Assembly (NCBI GenBank): GCA_947258705.1
Contig: CAMYJA010000002.1
Span: forward strand, 10,263 to 74,262
Length of the DNA: 64,000 bases
Source of the DNA: an uncultured Hyphomicrobiaceae bacterium
GTDB taxonomy: Bacteria > Pseudomonadota > Alphaproteobacteria > Rhizobiales > CAMYJA01
Direction of reading: 5' to 3'
Under the pieces are notes generated by a model that had not been told where the DNA came from, made no database searches, and worked only from the letters and a program-made list of their open reading frames with translations. Shown in pieces: positions 29,730 through 40,400 of this stretch (the first letter of the stretch is position 1; every line of letters begins with the position of its first letter). The position numbers were made by a program, and so were the translations under genes.

Positions 29730-29928
29730 TATCTCACTCCTCAACACTCTTTTGTTTAACCGAATTCTACGCACACGGATATGTGCCCCGTTCAATGAAT
29801 AGCATCAAATTAGTCACACGCATACGCCGTGCAAGCTTAAATTTTCGCCGCACAGTTAACGTATTGATATATCTTCATTATTACAGGGGGGATGATATGC
29901 CTGTGCAGGATATTCGGATCAGGACGTC

Positions 29929-30114
29929 CTAAAAATCGCTATCCGGCTCAAGGATCTGACGGCCGCGATATTTGCCCGATTTCAGGTCTATGTGATGGGG
30001 GCGCCGCAGTTCGCCCGATTCCTTGTCCGTGACATAGGATGGTTGGCGTAATGCATCTGCCGAGCGCCTGTTGCCGCGCTTCATCGGCGACACTTTCCGC
30101 TTTGGTACAGCCAT
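29929..30114 (-). CDS. rpmF: 50S ribosomal protein L32
   Basis: [18 protein letters not shown].. is the canonical L32 N-terminus. Length is 61 aa. Confidence 0.95.
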   Translation of the reverse strand: MAVPKRKVSPMKRGNRRSADALRQPSYVTDKESGELRRPHHIDLKSGKYRGRQILEPDSDF

Positions 30115-30262
30115 TTCAATCTCCTCGCTTCAATTCAATATCGCATTTTTCCGCGCCCGGGGTCTGAATTTACCGGCGCCGGGCCTGCGAATAATTGTCT
30201 AATTCCTGGAAAACCGTTATTTGGGACGCATTCACAAGCATGCATCCATGTTTCGACACTCC

Positions 30263-31042
30263 TTATAGTCGCTTCTTTCGCGGTTTTCCAGTATTTCCTG
30301 CCAGTTCTTTTTTACGATAGATGCAACTTGTTGCCGGTGGCGCCTTGGCAACGCGATTGGCGATCCTGGTTGAGTGTCTCGCGGTTTTCGGTCCCGGCCT
30401 CCCCGCCCTGCGCAGGATCGGATTGGGCAGGGCAGCAGCCAGGAGACTTGCCTCGTTGGGCGTCAGATATCGCGCCGATTTGTTAAAATGATATCTTGAT
30501 GCGACTTCGGCTCCAAAAATGCCAGGGCCCCATTCGACAATGTTGAGATAAATCTCCAGCATACGGCGTTTCGACCAGAGGGCCTCCATCAGAAACGTCA
30601 ACGGAATTTCGACGGCTTTGCGGACATAGCTTTTCTGCGGCCAGAGATACAGGTTTTTTGCCGTTTGCATGGAAATCGTGCTGGCGCCGCGGACGTATCC
30701 ATTTCGCGCCTTCTTGATGGCCCGCGAGACTTCGTTCCAGTCGACCCCCCTGTGCCTGCAAAACCTGCCGTCCTCGGCGGCGATTACGGCTTTGACGAGA
30801 TTAGGTGAAATTCTATTCAGAGGCACCCATTGGTGCCCCACCTTCTTGCCGGTCAATGTTCTCGCCAGCATCAGCGTCGAGCCTGGTGGATTGATGAAAC
30901 GGTAAGTGACCGTTACGACGGTTACGAGCAGTGCGAGCACCACCATGATCAGTCCGCTCATACGCAACAATCTTCGTACACCCGTCCGCAAACGGGACCG
31001 CTTGTGAAATATGAACCTTTTTCTCGTCAGGCTCTCGGCCAT
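30263..31042 (-). CDS. mtgA: Monofunctional peptidoglycan glycosyltransferase
   Basis: It has the GT51 motifs AAEDGRFCRHRGVD, GASTISMQ and RKxxE. The ATG at 31042 (MAESL..) is preferred over the track start at 31090. Confidence 0.85.
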   Translation of the reverse strand: MAESLTRKRFIFHKRSRLRTGVRRLLRMSGLIMVVLALLVTVVTVTYRFINPPGSTLMLARTLTGKKVGHQWVPLNRISPNLVKAVIAAEDGRFCRHRGVDWNEVSRAIKKARNGYVRGASTISMQTAKNLYLWPQKSYVRKAVEIPLTFLMEALWSKRRMLEIYLNIVEWGPGIFGAEVASRYHFNKSARYLTPNEASLLAAALPNPILRRAGRPGPKTARHSTRIANRVAKAPPATSCIYRKKELAGNTGKPRKKRL

Positions 31043-31248
31043 AGCCTCTCGTCCCTTTAAAACTTGCCCCGGCCTGTGCTGATGTCTCATTGCTGCGGTC
31101 GGGATTGATGCCGTAAAACCGATCCAGACTGTGGAAGCGCTTCCCTATCGGTGGATCATGTTTTAGGTAGAAATTCGTAGATTATACGCCGACCGGAGGA
31201 TCGTCCACTGCGGCGTAAGCAATTGAGGGCGGCAACGAGGGCGATTTA

Positions 31249-32151
31249 ATGGCGTTTGTGACAGAATTTGACTCTCATGCACAGAAAGTCGAGGCGCGGC
31301 TCGAGGAGCTGCTTCCTGCGCCGGATGGGCCGCTGACCTCTGTCCGGTCCGCTAACTTATGGCGCGCCATGCGATATTGCGTGCTCAATGGCGGCAAACG
31401 CTTACGGCCGTTTCTGGTGACCCACTCGGCCCGGCTTTTCGGGCTTGATGCGGAAGCCACGCTCAATGCCGCATGCGCGGTTGAATGCATGCATTGTTAT
31501 TCGCTCGTCCATGACGACCTGCCGGCCATGGATGACGATGATCTAAGGCGCGGCCTGGCGACGGTTCATAAAAAATTCGACGAAGCGACGGCGATTCTCG
31601 TCGGCGACGGTCTTCAGGCCCTTGCATTTGAAATCATGTCCAGTGAAGAAACTCATGCTGAGGCAAATGTCCGGGTGGCGCTGATCTCGGGGCTGGCGCG
31701 GGCTTCGGGTCATCAGGGCATGGTCGGGGGGCAGGCGCTGGATCTTGCGGCGGAAGATGCGGAAGCTCTCACGACTGACGAGACCATGGTCATCCAGTCC
31801 ATGAAAACGGGTGCATTGATCGAGTTTTCTCTCGATGCGGGGGCGCTGCTCGGGCAGGCGCCGGATGAGGCGCGCACGTGCCTGCAACGCTATGGGCGGG
31901 CGATCGGTCTTGCTTTTCAGGTTGCCGACGACCTTCTTGACGCGGAAGGGGATATGGAGAAGCTCGGCAAGGCGACGGGAAAGGACGAGAGTTCGGGTAA
32001 AAAGACCTTCATATCGCTTTTGGGTGCCGAGGGAGCACGGCGCCGGCTCGGCGAGCTTGAAGCGGAGGCAATCGGCGCCCTCGAAATTTTCGGCCAACAG
32101 GCTGCACCGCTGATTGATGCCGCGAAGCTGGTTGTCCGGCGGGACCGCTAG
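31249..32151 (+). CDS. ispA: Polyprenyl (farnesyl/geranylgeranyl) diphosphate synthase
   Basis: The first Asp-rich motif is LVHDDLPAMDDDDLRRG. The second is FQVADDLLD. Confidence 0.85.
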   Translation: MAFVTEFDSHAQKVEARLEELLPAPDGPLTSVRSANLWRAMRYCVLNGGKRLRPFLVTHSARLFGLDAEATLNAACAVECMHCYSLVHDDLPAMDDDDLRRGLATVHKKFDEATAILVGDGLQALAFEIMSSEETHAEANVRVALISGLARASGHQGMVGGQALDLAAEDAEALTTDETMVIQSMKTGALIEFSLDAGALLGQAPDEARTCLQRYGRAIGLAFQVADDLLDAEGDMEKLGKATGKDESSGKKTFISLLGAEGARRRLGELEAEAIGALEIFGQQAAPLIDAAKLVVRRDR

Positions 32152-32169
32152 CGCGCTTGCCAGCCGGAT

Positions 32170-33417
32170 TCACGAATATCGCTTTTTTACATAGTCGAGA
32201 ACTATGTCCTTGAACTCACCTGCGATGTTCTCCCCGCGCAGGGTCGTCGTTTTTTCGCCATCGATGAATACCGGTGCGCTTGGCGTCTCCCCGGTGCCCG
32301 GCAGGCTGATGCCGATATCGGCATGTTTTGACTCGCCCGGGCCGTTGACTATGCATCCCATGACAGCGAGCTTCATGTTTTCCACGCCGGGATAGGTCTC
32401 TTGCCACTCGGGAATTTTTTCGCGCACGAAGGTCTCGATGTCCTCGGCAAGTTCCTGAAACACCGTGCTTGTCGTGCGGCCGCAGCCAGGGCAGGCCGTA
32501 ACGGAGGGCATGAATGAGCGCAAACCCATTGTCTGGAGAATTTCCTGCGCGACCTGGACTTCCTGGGTACGGTCGCCGCCCGGTTTAGGCGTGAGCGAGA
32601 TGCGGATCGTATCGCCTATTCCCTGTTGCAACAATATTGCAAGCGCGGTCGCGGATGCGACAATTCCCTTCGATCCCATCCCGGCCTCGGTCAACCCCAG
32701 GTGAAGGGCATAGTTGCATCTCGCGGCGAGGGACGAATAAACGCTTACCAGATCCTGGACCGTACTTACCTTGGCGGAGAGAATGATCTTGTCCGCCGTC
32801 ATGCCGAGCTCTTCGGCGCGTATGGCCGAAAGCGTCGCCGATTGCACGATCGCCTCATGCATGACCTCGGCGGCGTCCCTGGGGTCGGGGGCTCCCGCAT
32901 TCTCGTCCATCAACCGGGTCAGGAGTTCCTGATCGAGACTGCCCCAGTTTACGCCAATGCGGACCGGCTTGTTTTTCTCGAGCGCTATTTCAATGATCTT
33001 CGAGAACTGGGTGTCGCGTTTGGCGCGAAATCCGACATTGCCGGGGTTGATGCGGTATTTGCACAGCGCCTCGGCGCAGTCGGGGTGTTCCGCAAGCAGG
33101 GTGTGGCCGTTATAGTGAAAGTCGCCGACCAGGGGCACCTGAATGTTCATTGCGGCCAATTTGTCACGGATCTGCGGAACGGCTGCGGCCGCCTCCGCGC
33201 GGTCGACTGTGATGCGCACGAGTTCGGATCCCGCGCGCGCCAGGTCCGCAACCTGTTCGACCGTCTTGTCGATATCGGCGGTGTCCGTATTCGTCATTGA
33301 TTGCACGACAATCGGCGCGTCTCCGCCGACAATGACGCCGCCGACATCGACAGGAGACGACTTTCGCCGTGATCGTAAGGGGCCGGTCATGCCTGGATTG
33401 TTCCTTGCTTCATTCAT
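32170..33417 (-). CDS. ispG: 4-hydroxy-3-methylbut-2-en-1-yl diphosphate synthase (flavodoxin)
   Basis: The block [16 protein letters not shown] and the cluster cysteines (ACPGCGRT .. GCIVNGPGE) are present. The start is probably ATG 33417 or 33390 rather than the track start at 33480. Confidence 0.9.
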   Translation of the reverse strand: MNEARNNPGMTGPLRSRRKSSPVDVGGVIVGGDAPIVVQSMTNTDTADIDKTVEQVADLARAGSELVRITVDRAEAAAAVPQIRDKLAAMNIQVPLVGDFHYNGHTLLAEHPDCAEALCKYRINPGNVGFRAKRDTQFSKIIEIALEKNKPVRIGVNWGSLDQELLTRLMDENAGAPDPRDAAEVMHEAIVQSATLSAIRAEELGMTADKIILSAKVSTVQDLVSVYSSLAARCNYALHLGLTEAGMGSKGIVASATALAILLQQGIGDTIRISLTPKPGGDRTQEVQVAQEILQTMGLRSFMPSVTACPGCGRTTSTVFQELAEDIETFVREKIPEWQETYPGVENMKLAVMGCIVNGPGESKHADIGISLPGTGETPSAPVFIDGEKTTTLRGENIAGEFKDIVLDYVKKRYS

Positions 33418-33457
33418 ACGGGCTTTGTTGTCGAATTCAGGGCGGTTGGCAATGGCT

Positions 33458-34258
33458 TTAAGCGAGACGCAGCGATCCAAGCTGCGAAATGAAAAAGAAG
33501 ACGGCCATGACCATGACGATGGTCGGTCCCCCGGGCGTATTCATGGCATAGGCCAGGCCTATTCCCGCAACGACGCTGACAATGGCGATCAGTCCCGTCC
33601 AAACCAGCATTGCCTCGGGCGAAGATGCAAAAAAACGCGCGGTGGAGGGCGGTATGATCAAAAACGCAATGATCAGCAATATGCCGACGATTTTCATGGC
33701 GATGGCGATGGTGAAGGCGAGAATAAATACGAAAAGGGATTTAATGAGCTCCGTATTCAGCCCTTCACCGGCCGCCAGTTCTTCGTGTATCGACAGGGCT
33801 ATCAACGGTTTCCACAAATAAGCCATGACGCCCAGAACCATTGCGCCACCGATCAGTATCCAGGCAAAATCGCCATCATCAATGGAAAATATGTCGCCGA
33901 ACAGATAGCCGATGAGGTCGAGACGCTGGCCTTCCATCAGACTGGAAATGATGATGCCGCCGGCGAGTGTCGTATGGGCGAGAAACCCCATGAGCGCGTC
34001 GGTCGGCAGGCTGGTACGCCTTTCCAGCACTATTAGGAGCGCCGCCACGCCTATCGCCACCATGATCACGCTTAAGACCGGATTGATCGCAAGCGCCACT
34101 CCAAGTGCCGCGCCGAGAAGGCCTGAATGGGCGACGGTGGCGCCAAAATATGCCATGCGCCGCCAAAGGATGAAGCATCCCATAGGGGCAGCGATCAATG
34201 CGATGGCGCTGCCGGCAAGAATGGCGCGGAGGATGAAATCGTCAGGGATGAAACTCAT
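33458..34258 (-). CDS. znuB: Zinc ABC transporter permease
   Basis: It is an ABC-3 family polytopic permease. Its ATG at 34258 overlaps the znuC stop (ATGA). Confidence 0.85.
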   Translation of the reverse strand: MSFIPDDFILRAILAGSAIALIAAPMGCFILWRRMAYFGATVAHSGLLGAALGVALAINPVLSVIMVAIGVAALLIVLERRTSLPTDALMGFLAHTTLAGGIIISSLMEGQRLDLIGYLFGDIFSIDDGDFAWILIGGAMVLGVMAYLWKPLIALSIHEELAAGEGLNTELIKSLFVFILAFTIAIAMKIVGILLIIAFLIIPPSTARFFASSPEAMLVWTGLIAIVSVVAGIGLAYAMNTPGGPTIVMVMAVFFFISQLGSLRLA

Positions 34259-35097
34259 TTGGATCCGCTCTTCTCTTCCGCGATGGGATTTTGATTTACA
34301 GGAGGACAAGCCTCGACGACCGCGCCTGAAATGTCATGACGATGGTCATGTTGGTGGGTGTAGAAGGCAATGGCGTTTTCCGTGCCGGGACCCATCAATT
34401 TTTGATATTCGGGATCCTTCAAAACACTTTCGGGTTTGCCGGAACAGCAGACATGCTGATTGAGGCAGACCACCCGGTCGCTGGCGGCCATGACAATGTG
34501 CAGGTCGTGCGAGACGAGGAGCACGCCGCAACCATGTTCATCGCGGATTTCCTCGATCAGGCGATAGAGATCAGCCTGACCTGCATAGTCCACACCCTGA
34601 ACGGGTTCGTCGAGAATGAGCAATTCGGGGTCGTCGATCAGGGCACGCGCCAGCATCACCCGTTGTATCTCGCCGCCGGACAGATCCGAAACCTGCCGGT
34701 GTTCGAGATGTTTAACGCCCACTCTTTCGAGTGTGCCGCGCAGATGTTCATCCGTTTGCTGATCTTTAAACGTAAGAAAACGCTTCACCGTCATCGGAAT
34801 GATTTTGTCTATGCTGAATTTTTGAGGAACATAGCCGAGGTGGAGATGCGGTTTTCTGTGGATCGTACCGGTTGTCGGTTCGATAACACCGAGAATTAAT
34901 CTGACCAATGTCGATTTTCCGGCACCGTTGGGGCCGATGATCGTGACGATTTCTCCGGGCATTACCTCGAGATCGATCGATTGCAGAACCGTTTTTCCCG
35001 CGCGGGTCAATGAGAGACCTTCGGCCGAGACAAGGGGCTTGCCGTTTGTCGTCCCGCGGCGGACCGGAGCGGACAGCGCTGGTGCCGGTTCAGGCAT
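34255..35097 (-). CDS. znuC: Zinc ABC transporter ATP-binding protein
   Basis: It has Walker A GPNGAGKST, the signature LSGGEIQR and Walker B LLILDEP. Its ATG at 35097 overlaps the zur stop (AATGCCTGA). Confidence 0.85.
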   Translation of the reverse strand: MPEPAPALSAPVRRGTTNGKPLVSAEGLSLTRAGKTVLQSIDLEVMPGEIVTIIGPNGAGKSTLVRLILGVIEPTTGTIHRKPHLHLGYVPQKFSIDKIIPMTVKRFLTFKDQQTDEHLRGTLERVGVKHLEHRQVSDLSGGEIQRVMLARALIDDPELLILDEPVQGVDYAGQADLYRLIEEIRDEHGCGVLLVSHDLHIVMAASDRVVCLNQHVCCSGKPESVLKDPEYQKLMGPGTENAIAFYTHQHDHRHDISGAVVEACPPVNQNPIAEEKSGSK

Positions 35098-35623
35098 TGA
35101 GCGGTTCCTTTTCCGAATTCCCGCCCTTGCGGGAGTCACGGCATGACCGGCACAGCCCCTGAACCTCGAGAACGCGTTTTTCTTCCGTGAAGCCCGCCTC
35201 TTTTTCGAGCGCTTCGAAGACGCGGCTGACCTTACGATCCACGAGTTCGGCAATGGTGCCGCAGCCCCGGCAAATCAGCGCAATGAAATTTTTGTCATCT
35301 TCGTGGTCGCGGTAGCAGGCGTAATAGGCGTTTTGCAGTTCCAGCCTGTGGATCAGGCCCATGTCATGAAGGAGATCGAGAATCCGGTATGCGGTTATGG
35401 GCGCTATCTCGCGGCCCTGGCGGCGCATCCGGTCAAGAATGTCATAGGCGCCAATGGCGTCATGGGACGTCAATATCTGCCGGTAAATTTGCTCGCGCAA
35501 CGGCGTCAGCCTCAGTTTTCTGAGTGAAAAAACCTTTCGCGCCTTGTCAATCGCATCGTTCAGACATTGCTTGTGATTGTGGCCGGGAGTGGGGAAGGCG
35601 TTGTTGGAGCGCTTGTTGCACAT
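35090..35623 (-). CDS. zur: Fur-family zinc uptake regulator Zur
   Basis: It has a Fur-family fold with CRGC and CRSC CxxC pairs. It is the first gene of the zur-znuC-znuB operon. Confidence 0.85.
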   Translation of the reverse strand: MCNKRSNNAFPTPGHNHKQCLNDAIDKARKVFSLRKLRLTPLREQIYRQILTSHDAIGAYDILDRMRRQGREIAPITAYRILDLLHDMGLIHRLELQNAYYACYRDHEDDKNFIALICRGCGTIAELVDRKVSRVFEALEKEAGFTEEKRVLEVQGLCRSCRDSRKGGNSEKEPLNA

Positions 35624-35653
35624 GACATTCTCGGTTCCGGGAGCTGGGTCGGG

Positions 35654-35680
35654 ATAATTGTTACATTATTACATTAGTTA
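35654..35680. promoter_or_regulatory. Candidate Zur box / operator upstream of zur-znuCB
   Basis: The AT-rich element ATAATTGTTACATTATTACATTAGTTA has ATAAT..ATTAT arms and a tandem TTACATTA x2. It resembles TGTTAT/ATAACA-type Zur half-sites. It lies 31-57 nt upstream of the zur start codon. Confidence 0.45.
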
Positions 35681-35949
35681 TTTGAGACGATCAATCTTCC
35701 GGCATTTGCGTTCTTCCATTGAAAGCTCTTCCCCGTTAAACGGGGCGGATAGCCGCCAATGGCGGAAAAGAAGCGCGTGAGACGTAAAAACCACAGCCGG
35801 CCCTTAATGTGCAACACACCCAATAATGCCCGGAAAGCGCCATTTTTACCGCGCCTTTCAAATTTACAAATAGTCAGGGCACTTCCGTTTTTCCTTTAGG
35901 CGGCGTGCAATGTTGTTTTGTTTCTATTGTATTGCGGGTGGATTGCGAG

Positions 35950-37119
35950 ATGGCAAAAGGATTGCAATCGTCATATATCATATCGGCCCGCCGGTCGGCA
36001 TTGGGGCGTCCGGGAGGACTTCACGGCAATCGGCGGCTTGAGGCTTTGGCGCAGCCGGTCATCGAAGCGACACTCTCCGATGCCGGTATTGAGGCGAAAC
36101 GCGTCGATGAGCTTGTACTCGGCAATGTGTCGGGGGACGGCAATCCCGCCCGCCTGATCGGACTTGCCTCCGGACTGCCGGAAACCAGTACAGCCTATAC
36201 AATCGACCGGCAGTGCGCGTCGGGTCTCGATGCGGTTCTATTCGGCATTCGGTCCGTGAGCGTGGGCGAGGCGGATGTGGTTGTCGCCGGAGGGGCTTCA
36301 TCGCTTTCAACCGCTCCGTGGCGCGTCGCCAAGCCCCGGAACATATTCCAGCTGCCTCGTTTTCTGTCTCCAGCCGACGGCATAGCCGACGGTGGCGACG
36401 ATCAGGTTCACATCGAGGCGATGGAGCGGCTCATAAAGTCGCACTCCATTCAGCGTTCTGATCTCGACTGCTATGCGCTCGAGTCAATTACCAAAGCGCG
36501 CGCTGCTTACGATCAACGGCAATTCGTCGGAGAGATCATACCCATCAGGGTCGAGCCGGGCGAAGCAATTGATGAACGGCTTGACGGAGACACTTCCATC
36601 GATGCCATGGAGGACATGGAAGCTTTGCTTGAGACAGGCGGCACGATAACGCAGGGAAACGCGGCTGCTTTGAGCGACGGCGCGGCCTTTGTGGTGATTG
36701 TATCCGCGAAGGTCTATGAGGAGCTTGGGCGGCCTCCTGGCCTGAAACTCGTCGCCAGTGCGAGAACCGGGGCGAACATGGTCGATCCCGGAGAGGCCCT
36801 TGTGAAATCCCTTGAGCGCCTGTTGGAAAAGACCGGGGACATTTTTCCCGACAAGGTGGGCGTTTTCGAAATAAACGAGGCTACGGCAGGTGAAATTCTC
36901 CTGACGCGCGATAAGCTTAATATTCCCATCGACCGGATCAACCCCTGCGGCGGAGCGATTGCGCGTGGACATGCACCGGGCGCATCCGGGGCCGTACTGC
37001 TCGCCCGGCTGTTTTCATCCATGGTACGCATGAGGGAAGACAGGCGGGTGGAGTATGGCGTGGCGGCGCTGGGTGCCCGGGGCGGACAGGGGATTGCGGC
37101 TCTGTTTGAAGCCTGCTAG
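35950..37119 (+). CDS. Thiolase-family acetyl-CoA C-acyltransferase
   Basis: It has the active-site block IDRQCASGLDA and C-terminal NPCGGAIARGHAPGASG. The ATG at 35950 (MAKGLQSSYII..) is preferred over the track start at 35905. Confidence 0.8.
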   Translation: MAKGLQSSYIISARRSALGRPGGLHGNRRLEALAQPVIEATLSDAGIEAKRVDELVLGNVSGDGNPARLIGLASGLPETSTAYTIDRQCASGLDAVLFGIRSVSVGEADVVVAGGASSLSTAPWRVAKPRNIFQLPRFLSPADGIADGGDDQVHIEAMERLIKSHSIQRSDLDCYALESITKARAAYDQRQFVGEIIPIRVEPGEAIDERLDGDTSIDAMEDMEALLETGGTITQGNAAALSDGAAFVVIVSAKVYEELGRPPGLKLVASARTGANMVDPGEALVKSLERLLEKTGDIFPDKVGVFEINEATAGEILLTRDKLNIPIDRINPCGGAIARGHAPGASGAVLLARLFSSMVRMREDRRVEYGVAALGARGGQGIAALFEAC

Positions 37120-37400
37120 TCCAGCCCGGGTCAAATATCCTGTTGAATTTCTTCTAAAAATCTACAGAGGTGACAGGAATGGATGTAACATGCGGCGCGC
37201 GTTCTCATAGTCAAAATGGATGCAGTCTGTTTGACGCTTAACGAAGCCGGTTTTGAATTATTGATGCGGTTGCGGCGATCGTGCAAAAAGTGCGGACTAA
37301 CACGCACCGGGTATTTGTTGTTATGTTGCGATTTTTCCCGGATGGTTTCGGCAGTCTGCGAAACCGGGGGGGAGCTGGAACCTAGCGGCGGGAAGACATA

Positions 37401-40400
37401 ATGAAAAAACTATTCGATCGTCTCTGGTCGACCCTTATTGAGGAAGTGTTCACGAACTGGCGGCTGGTTCTGCTCGGCCTCACGGGTCTGGCGCTGTCGG
37501 TGGCGTCGGGCTGGACCACCTGGGACGGTATGACCAATTTTACCGGCAATCCCGTGCTCAGTTTTCTCATTACCTTCGGTATTCAGGGTGTCATGCTTAT
37601 CGCGGCATGGCTCATTGGCGAGACTTTCGCGCTGGGGCTTCGCGGTAGTGCGGAAGGACATTCGGGAGGCGTTTTCTGGGGCCTGTTTCTTCTTCTCGGC
37701 ATTGTTGTCCTCGCTGTGTTTGCAGCACTCATGTCCGGACCGGACCCGGCTGAGCTCGGGCGTAGCATCTTCGATTTCGGCCAGCGATGGACAAGCACCG
37801 TGGCCGGTGCAATTTTGCTGCTGGCACTGATTGGCGCCGTAATCTATGGCATTACGCAGAAGGAAATTATCGGCCCTTATCTCCGGGGTGGAAAAATCAT
37901 CGTTCAGAATCTGCCCATCTGGGTGATGTTTGTCGCCTGTCTGGCAACATCGGTGTTTTTCTCATTCGACTCGCTATTCTCGACAATTTTTCCCGCTGAG
38001 GAGCGAAAACGCGCTGGCGACATCCGGGCGCAAAATCAGGTGTCGGGCATTCTTGCGGATGTCGAGACGCTTCTTAAGACCCGTCAGGTCGAGGCGCGTG
38101 CGGCACTCTTTCAAAGCGCGCCATGGTCCAGATACGACGCCTCACTCGATCTCGTGCAGAGCGAGGCGCGGCGCGCGCCCGATCTGATCAGCAGCGAGCG
38201 AAAGAAACGCCTCGCCGCCCAGCAGCTTGAGGTGCAGCGCTTTCGAGAGCAGCAATCGACGGCCGAAGGGCGGTTTCGCAATTTGAAGGCGGAGAAGGAT
38301 CGCAGGCTTGAAATTATCGACAGGCTTGAGAAATTGCGGCCACCGATCGTGGCGGAAGTCGATGGATTGGAAAGTGAAGTTCAGATCAAGCGCAAGGCTT
38401 TGATATCAGCGCGTGCCGACGCCAAGGCCGAGGCGCGCGGTGTCGGCAATACCCAGCGGGCGGGACGAGGACCGAAATATCGCGAGTTGCAGAAAGTCGT
38501 GACAAGGCTCTCCATCGAGGAGGAACTGCTCGCGGAGCAGCTCAGGGGCGTCAAGGGCAACCTGGAGAAGCTCGACCGCCAGATCACCGTTGCGCGGCGG
38601 GAAGCAGAAGCCTTCTCGACCCAGATCGCAACTTACGGCAGCCAGGCGGATGCCGCCAAAAAAATGCTCGAAGCGGGACAGGTTGATCGCGGACGGACCG
38701 GCGAAGTGCCAAACGCCGTCAGCGCCGATGCATTCGAACGCTCGCGCTCGGAATTTCGTCAGAATCCGACAAGAGCACAATTCGCGGCGCTGCAATCGCA
38801 ATGCAGTTCCCTCCTCACCGCGCTCAATACAGTGCCTCAGTTGAAGGCGAGCGTCGGCGGCGTCGATTGCGAACCCCGGGAGGCCAACGCTCTGGCCGCA
38901 CGGGTTTTTGATCTCAATCAGGGTGTCGAAAATTACAAAACGCAATGTGGCAAGGCGGCATCGGCGAAATTCGGCGATGTCGACGCGTTGATCAAGCATG
39001 GTCAGAAATGCGTGCTGTTATCCGGCTTGTCAGGGGCCGACAGCGCCGCCTTCCGTTCCGGCTTCAACCGGATCGAGCTTAACCGCGACGACAAGGCGCA
39101 CCGCTTTGTCGTATCCTGGAACGCTTTCATGGACGGTAACCGTCTTGCCTATCTGGCGCTGACAATCGCGCTGGCCATTGACGGTCTTGTATTCATGTCC
39201 GGCCTGTTCGGCGCCAATTCCCTGAGAACGCCGCTTGCCGAAGGATCCGGGGCCGAGGGACGGACAGCGGCGCAGCTCGACGATTTGATGGAGTCGGCAC
39301 TTCTGCCCGACAAGCTTTTCAGCTCGGATGTGGTGCTTGGCACGCTTAGTCCGAGCAACCGGCAGGGATTTGCGCAAAAGATCAACATGACGGAACTGTC
39401 GCCGGACAATGCCCGGATTGTACGGAACGTTCTCAATGCGGGATCGGTGATCGGACTTGTGGTCGAGGACGAAAACGATCCCGACATTTATTTCATCCGC
39501 CGTCAGCTTTTTGAGAAAATCTCTCATATCCGGCAGCGTGAAATCAGGTTGACCAATACAGTCGAGTCGGCCCCTGGACTGCGGAAAGCGCTTGAAGCCG
39601 CCCTCCTGCCCGAGCATGAAATTCTGGCAAATATTTCCAGGGTCAAGAAATTCATGCATCCCAGCGATGAGCGGGAGGGGTTTGGAATTGAAGTCGATCT
39701 AACGGGAGCCGATGGCGATACATCGGAGCGTGTCCGCCGTGTCTTGACTACGGGTGCGTCACATGGCGTCGTCAAGCCGCATCCGAAAATCGCCAGATAT
39801 GGCTTTCTCATCAAGGACGAGTTTACCAATCAATTGATTGCAATCCGGGAGGAGCGTCTCAAGTCTCATGGCGATGCGGCGGACCAGACGCTGCTTATCG
39901 ATTTCGACCGCCCGCATGACAATGTCGATATCGGGTTCGACAAGGGCAGTGTGACCCGCCAGCTTGGGCATGAAAATATCAAGGCCCTGGCGGCGCCGGG
40001 CTCAGTCGCCGGTCGGGGCCGGGGCAGCGCTGTGGATGCCGATCCCGATACCGGCACCATTATGGATATGCCGGATTATGACGATGGCGGTCCGGCCGAC
40101 GACGCCTATCAAAACCGAACGATGGATCTTGCCCAGGAATTCGTCGAGCGCCTGAAGCTTTCCGGGCTCGACCTCGCAACATTCGACACCCATGAGGCAC
40201 GAAATGCAATTGCGGGACTTGGCGAGGCATTGCGGCAGATTGCCGGTCTCGATAAGCAGATATCGAGCATCGTCGACAGTTTTGAGCGGGATATGCTGAT
40301 GCGGATCAAGGATTGCGGACAGGCGCTCAAAAACAAATACAGCGCGCATGGGGATTTTGCCGAGCCGATCAGCGCCATTTCGGAAACTCTGCGGGAATAT

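Noticed and set aside
35731-35765. Two adjacent small hairpins (CCCCG-ttaaa-CGGGG and CCGCC-aat-GGCGG) lie in the zur/thiolase divergent region and might be an sRNA or terminator.
   Set aside because: The stems are only 5 bp with no flanking U-tract on either strand and no supporting promoter. This is too weak to call without transcript data.
37216-37401. A 61-aa ORF lies just upstream of the 1092-aa gene and might be a small partner protein.
   Set aside because: It is Cys/Leu/Arg-rich with odd composition, has no SD and ends exactly at the start of the next gene. It is most likely a chance ORF in the 5' region.
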